From Mobula hypostoma (taxonomy: Eukaryota): DNA of 64,000 nt. Under the pieces are notes generated by a model. It saw nothing but the letters and a program-made list of their open reading frames with translations. It ran no database searches and was not told where the DNA came from. A program made the position numbers and the translations under genes. Each line of letters opens with the position of its first letter. Within the stretch, counting starts at the first letter, position 1. The DNA is taken from the NCBI RefSeq assembly GCF_963921235.1, contig NC_086118.1, positions 27,840,001 to 27,904,000 of the forward strand, written 5' to 3'. Of the stretch, positions 49,996 to 62,340 are shown piece by piece.

Positions 49996-50799
49996 GTCTC
50001 TTTGTAAGTCTATATTAGTATTTTTTTTTTCCAGAGGAAAGATAGACATAAAGGTAAGTAGATTTAGAGAGAAGTCTGGAATATAAAGCTGTGTTGGCTG
50101 AAGACAGAACCACCACTGATTAAAGCTGAGAATGTTTAAGATATTAGGAATAATGCTGTTATCTTAGAAGGTTGTAGGGCTAGAAGAGATTATAAAACTA
50201 AGGAAGTCTGAGGCAATTCAGGTTGATTTTAAATTAAAGTTGACAATTTTAAAACTGCTTGAGCTCTTAAAATTGCAAGCCAGTGAGCCTTGAAGTGATT
50301 GGTGAGTGCCACTCACTGAGTTAAAGTATGGGCAACGGAATTTTGGCTATCCTGAGGTTATCAGAAATTAGAACAAGGGAAGCTAGTAAGGTGAATGTTG
50401 TAATAATCAGGTTAAAGCAATGTTGTAAATCATAATTGAAGGTTTCAGTAACAGGTAATTAGAAGCAATAATAGTTTTAAGAAGTTATGCAGATGTGTAA
50501 CTTGCGCTATAAAGTTCACTTTGGGGTCAAGTATGAAACCAGTGTTACAAAGCACCTATCTTTCTCTCAGACCCTTTGCCAGGGAGAGCAAGAAACCCAT
50601 TTGAAATGAGTTTGTCAGACAATCTCTTTAGTCTCCTCCTGATATTTGATTGGAAAAAGAAACTTCCTCTCATCAAAGAAAAGATATTAGTTGGACAACT
50701 AAGAGAATGCGAAGTGGCCGTGAAGTTGAGCTGGACTTCTAGCATTCATGATGGTCGACTGGTACACCAGCCACCACCTTCTATGTGCATTTCCTTCAA

Positions 50800-51600
50800 T
50801 GTGTGCTATCTATAGCAGGTCTGATAACTACTCTCGCCTCTCTTTTACTCTTTATATATCTGAAAAATAATTTAGTATCTTCTGTGATATTAGTGGCTAG
50901 CTTACCTTCATATTTCATCTTTTTTCTCCTTTTGGCCTTTTTAACTTGCCTTCTGTTTGCTTTTAAAAGCTTCCCAATCCTCTAAATTTCCACTAATTTT
51001 TGCTCTATTGTATGTCCTCTCTTTTACTTTTAAGTATTTTTTTACTTCCCTCGTGTCATCCTGACCTTAGAAAACTTCTTCTTTGGGATATATCTACCCT
51101 GTATCTTCCAAATTGCTCCCAGAAACTCAAGTTCTGTTGTCACTCCTGCTAATGTCCCCTTCCAATTAACTTTGGCCAGCTCCTCTCTCATGCCTATATA
51201 ATTCCCTTTACTCCACTGTAATACTGATATATCTGACTTTACCTTCTCCCTCGCAAGTTGCAGAGTGAAGTTTATTATATTATGATACTGCTTCCTATGG
51301 GTTCCTTTACCTTAAGCTCCCTAAACAAATCAGGTTCATTACAGAACACCCAATCCCAAATAGCCTTTCGTCTAGTGGGGTGAACCACAAGCTGCTTTCA
51401 AACCCTATCTCATAGGCTTTCTACAAAATTCTTTCTCCTGGAATCCAGCACCAACCTGACATTCTTGCATATTGAAATCCCCCATGACTATTGTAACATT
51501 TTCCTTTTGATATGCATTTTCTATTGCATCTTCCATTGTAATATGTAGCCTGCAAACTGGCTTATAGTTCCCTGACATTGTCTTCCTACATTTTTGAACA
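50800..51600 (-). mobile_element. CR1 ORF2 endonuclease-region fragment
   Basis: IVMGDFNMQ on the - strand, plus GAGCTTAAGGTAAAGGAACCCATAGGAAGCAG. Confidence 0.65.
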
Positions 51601-52304
51601 AAAAAGTCACATTGGCTGTTCTCCAAACATCTGGTACCCTCCCTGAACTTGGAGAGTTCAGAAAATGTTTAAATAATGAGTTCATTTATCTCTGCAGCCA
51701 CATCCGTTAAAATATTGGTTAAATTATCATCTCCTGGTGATTTGTTTGCCTTCAGCCCCATAAGTTCCCCACACCATATACATTCTGTCTGGGATTTTTA
51801 CAAGTTCCTCCCTGCTATTTTAAATTAGCCCTCATAATAGCTTGTGGATATACTGTTTCACAATGAAGACTAATGCAAAAATAATCCTTTAAACATACCC
51901 TCGCGTGCAAGTTGCAATATGCAAGTTTTCTCTCAAAAATCATTTTCTCCCTTCTTAAAAGCTTGTCAGTCCTTGGGCTTACCACCAGCCCTTTCCACTT
52001 TTACACAACATTATAATTGCCTTACTTAAGTTGAAGAGAGTGGTTACGATCTAGTGGCAGTCACTGTCAAACTATGAAGGGTGATTGATAAGTTCGTGGC
52101 CTAAGGTAGAAGGAGTCAATTTTAGAAAACCTAGCATATTTATTTTTCAACCTAGTCCCCTCCTTCATTTATACACTTAGTCCAGCGATCGTGGAGTGTA
52201 CGGATCTCTTCTTTGTAGAAGTCGGCGTCTTGGATCTCCAGCAAGTGGTCCACAGCAGGGGTGATTGATAAGTTCGTGGCCTAAAATAGAAGGCGATAAG
52301 TTAT

Positions 52305-55300
52305 CCTTTCTTGGAACGTGCCTCTGTCACCAACTTACTCCAGTTGGATTTAGGATTCGTTTTTGAGCCTCTCAATTTGGACCTTCTGAGGATCCCAGGT
52401 ACTCACATTTTATTGACTCTGCCTCTTGTTGCTTCTCCCGTCAAGCTCTGAAGGCGACCCTCTCCACCATGAGGAGGTATTTGGTGTCCCTGTCCCAGAT
52501 CCTTCCACACCTTTGGGACACTTTCTTCGCCGTCTGTAATGGTCCTACCCGTTATTTCATCCTCCGTCGGATCCATGCCTGCAATCGCCGTTTTTTTGAC
52601 TTTGTCATGTTAGGCAAAGATCGCAAGATCTTACATCTGCAGACCCCAGAGCCTGCCGGCCCCGATGCTAGCTGGCATGAACTTCATGTTGCAGCCGCTG
52701 CGATCTCACTGGCTCCAACACTTCAGGGCATATTCAAAACCCGGACTCCAGCAATGACCATGGACACCTTCAAAGTGATTGCGCAACCATCAACTGCGAC
52801 TCCAGCCTTGAACTCCAGGCCGGGTCTTCATGTGCTGCTATTGTGACTCCCGTCTCCCCTTCCCCCACCACCACTCTGCAACTCCGTATCCCTCAGATCC
52901 CACCGTCAGCTCCTCCTGGGCCCTCAGAGGCTCCACCTTCCTCTCACCCCAACCCTCCCCTCTCCATTGACACTCCCAGCCTCCCCTCTCCCCCCTCTGA
53001 TCCCAGCTCTCATCCGTGCCGGGTCTTTACCATCCCCTCTGACCTTCAACTGTCTGAGGCAGAATGCTCTGTCCTCAGTAAGGGCCTCACCTTTGTCCCC
53101 CTTCGCCCACACCTCAGCGAGTTCCACGTTCGCCATGATGCGGAACTCTTCTTCTGCTGTCTCCATCTCCGAGCCTACTTCTTCGGCAAGGACTCTTCCA
53201 CCCCCAGCGATGACCCCTTCTCCTGTCTTCAACCCTCCTCCTCTTCATGGACACCCCGCTCTGGTCTTCTGCCTGCTCTGGATCTCTTTATTGCTAACTG
53301 CCGACGGGACATCAACTGTCTCGATTTCATCGTACCTTGTTCCCATTCCAACCTTACTCCTTCCGAACGCTCTGCTCTCCACTCCCTCCGCACTGATCCT
53401 AACCTTACTCTTAAACCCGCCGATAAGGGGGGTGCTGTTGTAGTCTGGCGTACTGACCTCTACCTTGCCAAGGCACAGCGACAACTCACAGATACCTCCT
53501 CTTATTTACCTCTCGATCGTGACCCCACTAAGGAGCACCAGGCCATTGTCTCCCACACCATTACCGACTTTATCCGCTCAGGGGATCTCCCATCCACTGC
53601 TACCAACCTTATAGTTCCCATACCTCACACTTCCCGTTTCTACCTCCTACCCAAGATCCACAAACCTGCCTGTCCTGGCAGACCTATTATCTCAGCTTGC
53701 TCCTGCCCCACCGAACTCGTTTCTGCATACCTCGACACGGTTTTATACCCCCTTGTTCAATCCTTTCCTACCTATTTTCGTGACACTTCTCATGCTCTTA
53801 AACTTTTCGATGATTTTAAGTTCCCTGGCCCCCACCGCTTTATTTTCACCATGGATGTCCAGTCCCTATATACTTCCATCCCCCATCAGGAAGGTTTCAA
53901 AGCTCTCCGCTTCTTTTTGGATTCCAGACCTAATCAGTTCCCCTCTATCACCACTCTGCTCCGTCTAGCAGAATTAGTCCTTACTCTTAATAATTTCTCC
54001 TTTGGCTCCTTCCACTTCCTCCAAGCTAAAGGTGTAGCTATGGGCACCCGTATGGGTCCTAGCTATGACTGTCTTTATGTTGGCTTTGTGGAACGATCTA
54101 TGTTCCAAACTATTCTGGTATCTGTCCCCCACTTTTCCTTTGCTACATTGACGACTGCATTGGCGCTGCTTCCTGCACACATGCTGAGCTCGTTGACTTC
54201 ATTAACTTTGCCTCCAACTTTCACCCTGCCCTCAAGTTTACCTGGTCCATTTCCGACACCTCCTTCCCCTTTCTAGATCCTTCTGTCTCTATCACTGGAG
54301 ACAGCTTATCTACTGATGTCTACTATAAGCCTACTGACTCTCACTGCTATCCGGACTCTTCCTCTTCTCATCCTGTCTCTTGCAAAAATGCCATCCCCTT
54401 CTTGCAATTCCTCCGTCTCCGCCGCATTTGCTCTCAGGATGAGGCTTTTCATTCCAGAATGAGGGAGATGTCCTCCTTTTTTAAAGAAAGGGGCTTCCCT
54501 TCCTCCACCATCAACTCTGCTCTCAAATGCATCTCCCCCATTTCATGCACATCTGCTCTCACTCCATCCTCCCGTCACCCCACTAGGAATAGGGTTCCCC
54601 TGGTCCTCACCTACCACCCCACCAGCCTCCGGGTCCAACAAATTATTCTCCGTAACTTCTGCCACCTCCAACGGGATCCCACCACTAAGCACATCTTTCC
54701 CTCCCCCCCCCCGCTTTCCGCAGGGATCCCTCCCTACGCGACTCCCTTGTCCATTCGTTCCCCCCATCCCTCCCCACTGATCTCCCTCCTGGCACTTATC
54801 CTTGTAAGTGGAACAAGTGTTACACATGCCCTTACACTTCCTGCCTTACCACCATTCTGGGCCCCAGACAGTCCTTCCAGGTGAGACGACACTTCACCTG
54901 TGAGTCGGCTGGGGTGATACACTGCGTCCGGTGCTCCCGATGTGGCCTTCTATATATTGGCGAGACCCGATGCAGACTGGGAGATCGTTTTGCTGAACAC
55001 CTACGCTCTGTCCACCAGAGAAAGCAGGATCTCCCAGTGGCCACACATTTTAATTCCACGTTCCATTCCCATTCTGACATGTCTATCCATGGCCTCCTCT
55101 ACTTTAAAGATGAAGCCACACTCAGGTTGGAGGAACAACACCTTATATTCCATCTGGGTAGCCTCCAACCTGATGGCATGAACGTCGACTTCTCTAACTT
55201 CCGCTAATGCCCCACCTCCCCCTCGTACCCCCTCTGTTATTTATTTATATACACACATTCTTTCTCTCTCTCTCTCTCTCTCTCCTTTTTCTCCCTGTGT

Positions 55301-55617
55301 CCCTCTCACTATACCCCTTGCCCATCCTCTGGGTTTTTTTCCCCCCTCCCCCTTTTCCTTCACCCTGGGCCTCCTGTCCCATGATCCTCTCATATCCCTT
55401 TTGCCAATCACCTGTCCAGCTCTTGGCTCCATTCCTCCCCCTCCTGTCTTCTCCTATCATTTTGGATTTCCCTCTCCCCCTCCCACTTTCAAATCTCTTA
55501 CTAGCTCTTCCTTCAGTTAGTCCTGACGAAGGGTCTCTGCCCTCTTCCCTCTAGGAAGACTGTACCTCTTCCTAGAGATGCTGCCTGGCATTCACCAGCA
55601 ATTTTGATGTGTGTTGC
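52305..55617 (+). mobile_element. Penelope-like retroelement (RT plus GIY-YIG), 5'-truncated and frameshifted
   Basis: KPADKGGAVV, FYLLPKIHK, GRPIIS, MDVQSLYTSIP, GVAMGTRMGPSY; GIY-YIG VIHCVRCSRCGLLYIGET...RFAEH; 14-bp TSD AGG(C/A)GATAAGTTAT (52291-52304 and 55618-55631). Confidence 0.95.
52843..55207 (+). pseudogene. PLE RT-GIY-YIG ORF, broken by frameshifts
   Basis: ORF pieces 52843-54276, 54402-54884 and 54881-55207; the YIDD codons (TACATTGACGAC, ~54144) are out of frame with the first piece. Confidence 0.9.
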
Positions 55618-55978
55618 AGGAGATAAGTTATACAGCTTTCGTTATATGCACTGGCAGTTCAACTCTTTGAGTGATTATGCAGAAAATTTGAAGTTAATAA
55701 CTCATCTCCTTTTACCTTAGGCCATGAACTTATCAATCACCCTTGCTGTGGTCCTCTTTCTGGAGGTCCAAGACGCTGACTTCTACAAAAAAGGGATCCG
55801 TATGCTCCATGACCACTGGACTAAGTGTGTAAATGTAGGAGGGGACTATGTTGAAAAATAAATGTGCTAGGTTTTCCAGAATTGACTTCTTCTACCTTAG
55901 GCCACAAACTTATTAATCACCCCTCGTATATCTGGAATTCTGTCATTTTGTGTTCACTACCTCCTTGTGAATCTTTAA

Positions 55979-56394
55979 CCCAGGCAACCTGTTCATATGC
56001 TATATCTTCACATTATGGTCTGGGTCAATTTTGACCCGGCCCAAGAATCCCTTCATAACAAGTGTCTATACCAAATTTTGAACCACAGATCTATTTAGAA
56101 TGTATAGTCTATCTGACATTAATAAATGGGTGATTAATCCTTAATTAATGTTTCAGAGATCAAAAATCCATTTCAATGGATATGAGTCAAATTTGATCCA
56201 GAACAGCCTCAATGTACAAAAATTGGTAGTACCTGTACAGAAGTATAACATTTTTAAATATTTTCATTTTTGCGCATTTTGGGTCACTTTAGGAAAAGTC
56301 ATCAAATTTCAGCTAAAAAAAATGGCATTCAGGGTGTTTTTACTGCTGTCAAATGTTAAAACGGGTCAAGTTTGATCCGAACAGTATGTAAGGT
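55979..56394. mobile_element. Possible piggyBac-like MITE
   Basis: TTAA at 55975-55978 and 56395-56398; imperfect TIRs CCCAGGCAACCTGTTC and GAACAGTATGTAAGGT; subterminal GGGTCAA...TGACCC palindromes. Confidence 0.5.
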
Positions 56395-56690
56395 TTAACC
56401 ACAAGATCTCATGTTCATCCTTCCTTATTACTCATGACCAAATCTAAAATAGTCTGCTGCCTGGTAAGTTTCGTAACATACTGTACTGAGAACTAATCCC
56501 TGACGCACTTCGTAAATTTCCTCTTCTGCAATACCCTTGTCAGCTTGATTTATCCAATCAATATATAGGTTAAAATCTCCCATGATGATTCTGGTTTCCC
56601 TTAATCATGCCTAGTAGTTCTTTTTTTCTCCATTTATGTTCCATTCTATCAAGAGATGACATTTTGGGGTCTATAGCTACTCCCCACATA

Positions 56691-57289
56691 CAAGGGGTGA
56701 TTGATAAGTTCGTGGCCTAAGTGGAAGGAGTCAATTTTAGAAAACCTAGCACATTTATTTTTCAACATAGTCCCTTCCTACATTTACACACTTAGTCCGG
56801 CGGCCGTGAAGCATATGGATCTTAGACCTCCAGAAGGTTTCCACAGCAGGGGTGATTGATAGGTCTGTGGCTTAAGGTAGAAGGAGATGAGTTAGACAGC
56901 TCTCATTACATGCACGTGTAGTTCAACTCTTTGAGTGATTATGCAGAATGTTTGAAGTTAATAACTCATCTCCTTCTACCTTAGGCCACGAACTTATCAA
57001 CCACCCCTGATGAGTTATTAACTAATGAATTATTAACCTCAAACTTTCTGCAGAAGCACTCAAAGAATTGAAATCCATGAGCTGTATAACTTCTCCTTCT
57101 ACCTTAGGCCTCAAACTTATCAATCACCCCTGCTGTGGACACTTTCTGAAGGTCCAAGATCCATATGCTCCACGACCGCAGGATGAAGTGTGTAAATGTA
57201 GGAGGGGACTATGTTGAAAAATAACTGTGCTAGGTTTTCTAAAATTGACCCCTTCTACCTTAGGCCATGAACTTATCAATCACCCCTCG
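56691..57289. mobile_element. Intact mariner-derived palindromic MITE (599 bp)
   Basis: TA duplications at 56689-56690 and 57290-57291; long inverted arms; five copies of the TIR motif. Confidence 0.92.
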
Positions 57290-57559
57290 TATATTGTTTC
57301 TCAGTTTTTTATTATTTCAATCCAAGTTGATTCTACGTCAAAATCCACTACTTTATTTCACATCTCAGCATTGCTCAGATACTGTACTTTCCTTGATAAC
57401 AATAACCTCACCTCTTCCCGTTTGGTATGTTCTTTTCGTACATTGTATCACCAGGAATGTTGAATACTCAGTTCTGGTTACCCTGCAACTATATCTCTAA
57501 GGGCGATATTGGACCATACTTGTACTGTATGTTGCTATCTTATTGCAAATACTATTGAT

Positions 57560-58260
57560 ATTGGTTTATTACTGTCACAGTTATTAAGATACAGTGAAAC
57601 AATTGTTTTACATACAATGATAAAGGTTGAATAATTACACAGTACATTGAGCTAGATAGAATAAGGCAGAAAAATACAATACAGGATAAAGTACAAAAGC
57701 TACTGAAAAGTGCAATTGAGGTAAACAATAAAATGTAGGGTCATAACAAGGTCAAGAGTCCATTTTATTGTACAAGAAGTCCATTGAAGATTTTGATGGC
57801 AGTGGGACAGAAGCTTTCCTTGAAACCTTGTGATAGGTGCTTTCAGGTTTTTGCATCTTCTACCCAATGGGAGAGGGGATAAGAGACAATATCTGGGATG
57901 TGGTCTTTGTTTAAGCCTGTTTCTTTACTGTTAGTGAGAAATATAGACAGCGTCCATAAAGGTTCCTGTGATGTGCTGAGCCATGTCCACAAGCCTTTAC
58001 AGTTCTTTGTGTTCACATGCAGTACTCTCACACATTGATTGGCTATTTCTCCTTCACTATCCTGTGTCTCTACTCTCTCATTTCCTCTCAAATTATCAAG
58101 CATTCTGTTTCTGGAATTTTCCATTCCTCCCCTGGATCAAAGACCTGTCGACAATGCTATTTATGTGATTCCCCAGGACTCTGGTCCCAGCATGATTCAG
58201 GTGAAGCTCACTCCCAATAGAGCAGCTCTCTCCATTCCCAGTATATTGGTGCCAGTGTCC
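57560..58260 (-). mobile_element. Degenerate Rex1-type LINE 3' fragment
   Basis: GAAGCTTTCCTTGAAACC...CTTCTACCCAATGGGAGAGGG. Confidence 0.55.
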
Positions 58261-58610
58261 CATCAATCAGAACTTCTTACTACTGTGGCGACCCATTTTC
58301 TGGCACACACGAACCGGCTCACGAAACAGCGTGCGCAGGCAGAGGGCTGGCAGCAAAAAGGGCGCCAGGCCATCTTCACCAGCAGGGGGAAAATCCCGCG
58401 CGCAGAAAGGGTCTGGGAATATGCATTCCCCACAGTAGTCCCGCCCAGGGAGGGCGGGAACGGGAAGGCTTTAAAGCGGGCCGCGAAGTTTGAATAAATC
58501 TCTTTCATCGCAACTCTAACTCACTGACTCCGTGTGGTTATTCTAGCGCTGTGTGTAGCACATCTCTACAATTGGTGACCCCGACGGTCCAAACGATATT
58601 TGGACCAGAG

Positions 58611-59315
58611 ATGACCGACGCTGCATCTGTTCACGCAGTTTCGTTAAAACTGCCAAGCTTCTGGACGCTGCGACCCCATTTATGGTTCGAACAAGCAGAA
58701 GCACAATTCCACATACGGCAGATAACCTCGGAGTCCACTCGTTACTACTACGTGCTGAGCTCCCTCGACCAGGAGACTGCTGCACAAGTTGAGGAGTTTA
58801 TACAGTCACCTCCGGAGGACGGCAAATACACAGCATTCAAAGCCCTGCTCATAAGGACTTTCGGACTCTCACGGTGCAAACGAGCACGCTGCTTAATGCA
58901 CCTGGATGGTTTGGGAGACAGGCCGCCGTCAGCATTAATGAACGAGATGCTGGCCCTGGCTGAAGGACACAAACCCTGCCTCATGTTTGAGCAGGCGTTC
59001 CTAGAGCAACTGCCCGAGGACATATGCCTGCTGCTGTCTGACGCAGATTTCAGCAACCCCCGGGAGGTGGCAGCCCGAGCAGATGTGCTGTGGAATGCCA
59101 GGAAAGAGAGAGGGGCATCCGTCGCACAGATCACCAAGCCGCGTGCCCAACGACAGACCAGACCAGGCCCGGCAGCAGAGCCTACAAAACCCGGCGACGG
59201 GAGTGAGGAGCCCAACGAACAATGGTGTTTCTACCACCAGCGGTGGGGCACGGAGGCCCGCCGCTGCAGACCGCCCTGCAAATTCCCGGGAAACGCCAGG
59301 GCCAGCCGCCGCTGA
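58611..59315 (+). CDS. gag: Gypsy Gag
   Basis: MTDAASVHAVSLKLPSFW...WFEQAEAQF...CFYHQRWGTEARRCRPPC; intact. Confidence 0.9.
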   Translation: MTDAASVHAVSLKLPSFWTLRPHLWFEQAEAQFHIRQITSESTRYYYVLSSLDQETAAQVEEFIQSPPEDGKYTAFKALLIRTFGLSRCKRARCLMHLDGLGDRPPSALMNEMLALAEGHKPCLMFEQAFLEQLPEDICLLLSDADFSNPREVAARADVLWNARKERGASVAQITKPRAQRQTRPGPAAEPTKPGDGSEEPNEQWCFYHQRWGTEARRCRPPCKFPGNARASRR

Positions 59316-59333
59316 TGGCTACGGCGGCTGGCC
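59288..59333 (+). promoter_or_regulatory. Programmed -1 ribosomal frameshift signal (gag-pol)
   Basis: G GGA AAC heptamer in the gag frame, 5-nt spacer, then a perfect 12-bp stem GGCCAGCCGCCG/CGGCGGCTGGCC; the -1 frame is the protease frame. Confidence 0.88.
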
Positions 59334-62300
59334 ATCAGGACAGCCTCCTGTACGTCTGGGACAAGCAGTCGGGACGCCGCTTTTTGGTCGACACCGGAGC
59401 GGAGATCAGCGTCTTACCTCCAACGAGTTACGGCACCCGCAACAGAGAACCGGGACCCACCCTGAGGGCCGCTAATGGCAGCACAATACGAACCTATGGC
59501 ACCCGCACGGTGCGGCTACAGTTCAGCTCCAGCCGGTTCACGTGGGACTTCACACTGGCCGCCGTGGCCCAACCACTGCTGGGGGCAGATTTTCTACGAG
59601 CCCACAGCCTGCTGGTCGACTAGCAAGGGAAGCGATTAGTCCACGCCAAGACTTTTCAAACGTTCTCCCTGGATGAAGCACAGTTGCCAGCCCCACACCT
59701 GGACTCCATCACGCTGTCCGACGATGAATTCACCAGGGTCCTGGCGGATTTCCCATCAGTACTGACACCGCAGTTCACGGCAGCCATGCCCAGACATGGA
59801 GTACAGCACCACATCCCGACCCAGGGACCACCCCTCCACGCCCGTGCTCGAAGGCTTCCCCCGGACAAGCTCCGACTGGCGAAGGAGGAGTTCAAGAAGA
59901 TGGAGGAATTAGGGATCATACGACGGTCCGACAGCCCATGGGCCTCCCCCCTTCACATGGTGCCCAAAGCAACGGGGGGCTGGAGACCATGCGGTGACTA
60001 CCGCAGACTGAACGAGGCTACAACGCCAGACCGCTACCCTGTGCCGCACATTCAAGACTTCGCAGCAAACCTACACGGCGCAAGGATCTTTTTCAAGGTA
60101 GACCTCGTCCGGGGATACCATCAAATCCCTATACATCCGGACAACATCCCCAAAACAGCACTTATCACCCCGTTCGGACTTTTCGAATTCCTCCGAATGC
60201 CGTTTGGTCTAAAGAATGCCGCACAGACTTTCCAGCGGCTAATGGACGCGGTGGGACGCGACCTGGACTTTGCATTCATCTATTTGGACGACATCCTCAT
60301 AGCCAGCAGTAGTCAGCAGGAGCATCTGTCCCGCCTGAGTGAATTCGGCCTTACAATCAATCCAGCCAAATGCCAGTTCGGACTCGACACCATCGACTTC
60401 CTGGGCCACAGGATTACTAAAGACGGGGCAACCCCGCTGCCCACCAAGGTAGACGCGGTCCGCCTCTTCCCCCGACCCAACACAATCAAAGGCTTGCAGG
60501 AATTCGTGGGTATGGTGAATTTCTACCACCGTTTCCTCCCCTCAGCAGCCCGAACCATGCGCCCCTTGTTCACTCTAATGTCGGGTAAGGGCAAGGACAT
60601 TACCTGGAATGAAGAGGCCGCAACCGCTTTCGTTAAAACCAAAGAAGCCTTGGCAAACGCCGCGATGCTAGTGCACCCCAGAACGGACGTTCCTACTGCC
60701 CTCACGGTGGACGCATCCAACACAGCAGTCGGTGGAGTGCTGGAACAACTCATCGAGGGTCGCTGGCAACCCCTGGCGTTCTTCAGCAAACACCTACGAC
60801 CACCCGAACTCAAATACAGTGCTTTCGACCGGGAGCTATTGGCACTATACCTGGCAATCCGGCATTTCAGGTACTTCTTAGAAGGTAGGCCCTTCACCGC
60901 GTTCACTGACCACAAACCGCTTACCTTTGCGTTCACTAAGGTGTCCGACCCCTGGTCGTCCCGCCAGCAGCGACATCTGTCCTACATCTCCGAGTACACA
61001 ACGGACATCCGGCATGTCTCTGGAAAGAACAATGTCGTGGCAGACGCACTTTCCAGACCTACCATACAGGCCCTGTCCCAGGGGGTGGACTATGCAGCAC
61101 TGGCAGAGGCACAGCAGGCAGACACTGAGATCCCCAGTTACAGGACTGCAGTCTCCGGTTTGCAGCTCCAAGACCTCCCCGTAAGCCCAGGTGAGAGGAC
61201 CCTACTGTGTGACGTAGCTACCGGCCAACCCCGCCCCGTTGTCCCAGCAGCCTGGCGCCGGCGGGTTTTCGAATCCATTCACAACTTAGCGCACCCCTCC
61301 ATCAGGACAACCGTCCGGCTGGTCTCCAACAGGTTCGTGTGGCATAGACTTCGTAAACAGGTCAGTGAATGGGCCAAAACGTGTATGCAGTGCCAAACGG
61401 CCAAGGTGCAGCGGCACACCAAGGCTCCACCGCAGCGATTCGAACCCACCCGCCGGAGGTTCGACCACATCCATGTGGATATCATGGGGCCCCTGCCAGT
61501 GTCACGAGGAGCGCGGTACCTCCTAACTATGATAGACCGGTTCACCAGATGGCCAGAGGCAGTCCCGCTCAGCGACACCACCTCCGAATCCTGCGCCCGA
61601 GCACTGATCGCAACCTGGGTAGCACGCTTCGGGGTACCGGCCCACATTACCTCCGACAGGGGCGCCCAGTTCACCTCCAGCCTGTGGTCGGCTATGGCAA
61701 GACTTTTAGGAACACAGCTACACCACACAACTGCCTACCACCCACAGTCGAACGGACTAGTGGAGCGCTTCCACCGTCACCTGAAATCGGCTCTCATGGC
61801 CCGCCTGGAGGGGCCTAACTGGGTGGACGAGCTCCCTGGGTCCTGCTCGGAATCCGCACGGAGCCCAAAGAGGATCTACACACCTCGTCGGCCGAGTTGG
61901 TGTACGGCGCGCCCCTGGTCGTCCCAGGAGAGTTCATACCAGCCCCAAGGGGGCAAGAGGAAGAACCCACAGCAGTCCTGGACAGGCTACGGGAGAGGCT
62001 CGGTAACCTGGCCCCCATACCCACTTCACAGCACGGACAGAGCCCAACCTGCGTACCCAAAGACCTGCAGAACTGTAAGTTTCTTTTTGTACGACGGGGC
62101 GGACACCGGGCACCACTACAGCGGCCCTATGAGGGGCCGTTTAAGGTGATCAGGAACAACGGGTCCACGTTCGCGCTGGACATTGGGGGGAGAGAGGAGG
62201 TATTCACGGTGGACCGACTCAAACCGGCCCATGTGGACTTGGCGCAACTGGTCCAGGCTCAGGCACCGCGGCGCAGGGGCAGACCTCCCAAACAGAGGCC

Positions 62301-62340
62301 GATCCAGACTGTGGACATTGGGGGAGGTATCGCCGGTTCT
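59288..62340 (+). pseudogene. pol: Gypsy Pol (PR-RT-RNase H-IN) with three lesions
   Basis: [58 protein letters not shown]. Lesions: in-frame TAG at 59621-59623, a short in-frame deletion after QEHLS, and a frameshift at ~61837. Confidence 0.92.

Larger units (their letters stand above)
52075..55926. mobile_element. Mariner-derived palindromic MITE, split by the Penelope insertion
   Basis: TA-flanked TIRs (GAAGGGTGATTGATAAGTTCGTGGCCTAAGGTAGAAGG and its complement); 55745-55861 encodes the mariner C-terminus FYKKGIRMLHDHWTKCVNVGGDYVEK*. Confidence 0.88.

Noticed and set aside
56691..57289. Repeated ~36-bp motif with spacers as a CRISPR-like array
   Set aside because: The repeats are mariner TIR copies in both orientations, the spacers are mirror images, and the context is vertebrate.
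59621..59623. TAG after the protease as programmed readthrough
   Set aside because: It falls at a normally conserved LLVDL position and is best explained as a TTG>TAG mutation in a copy with other lesions. Sibling copies would settle it.
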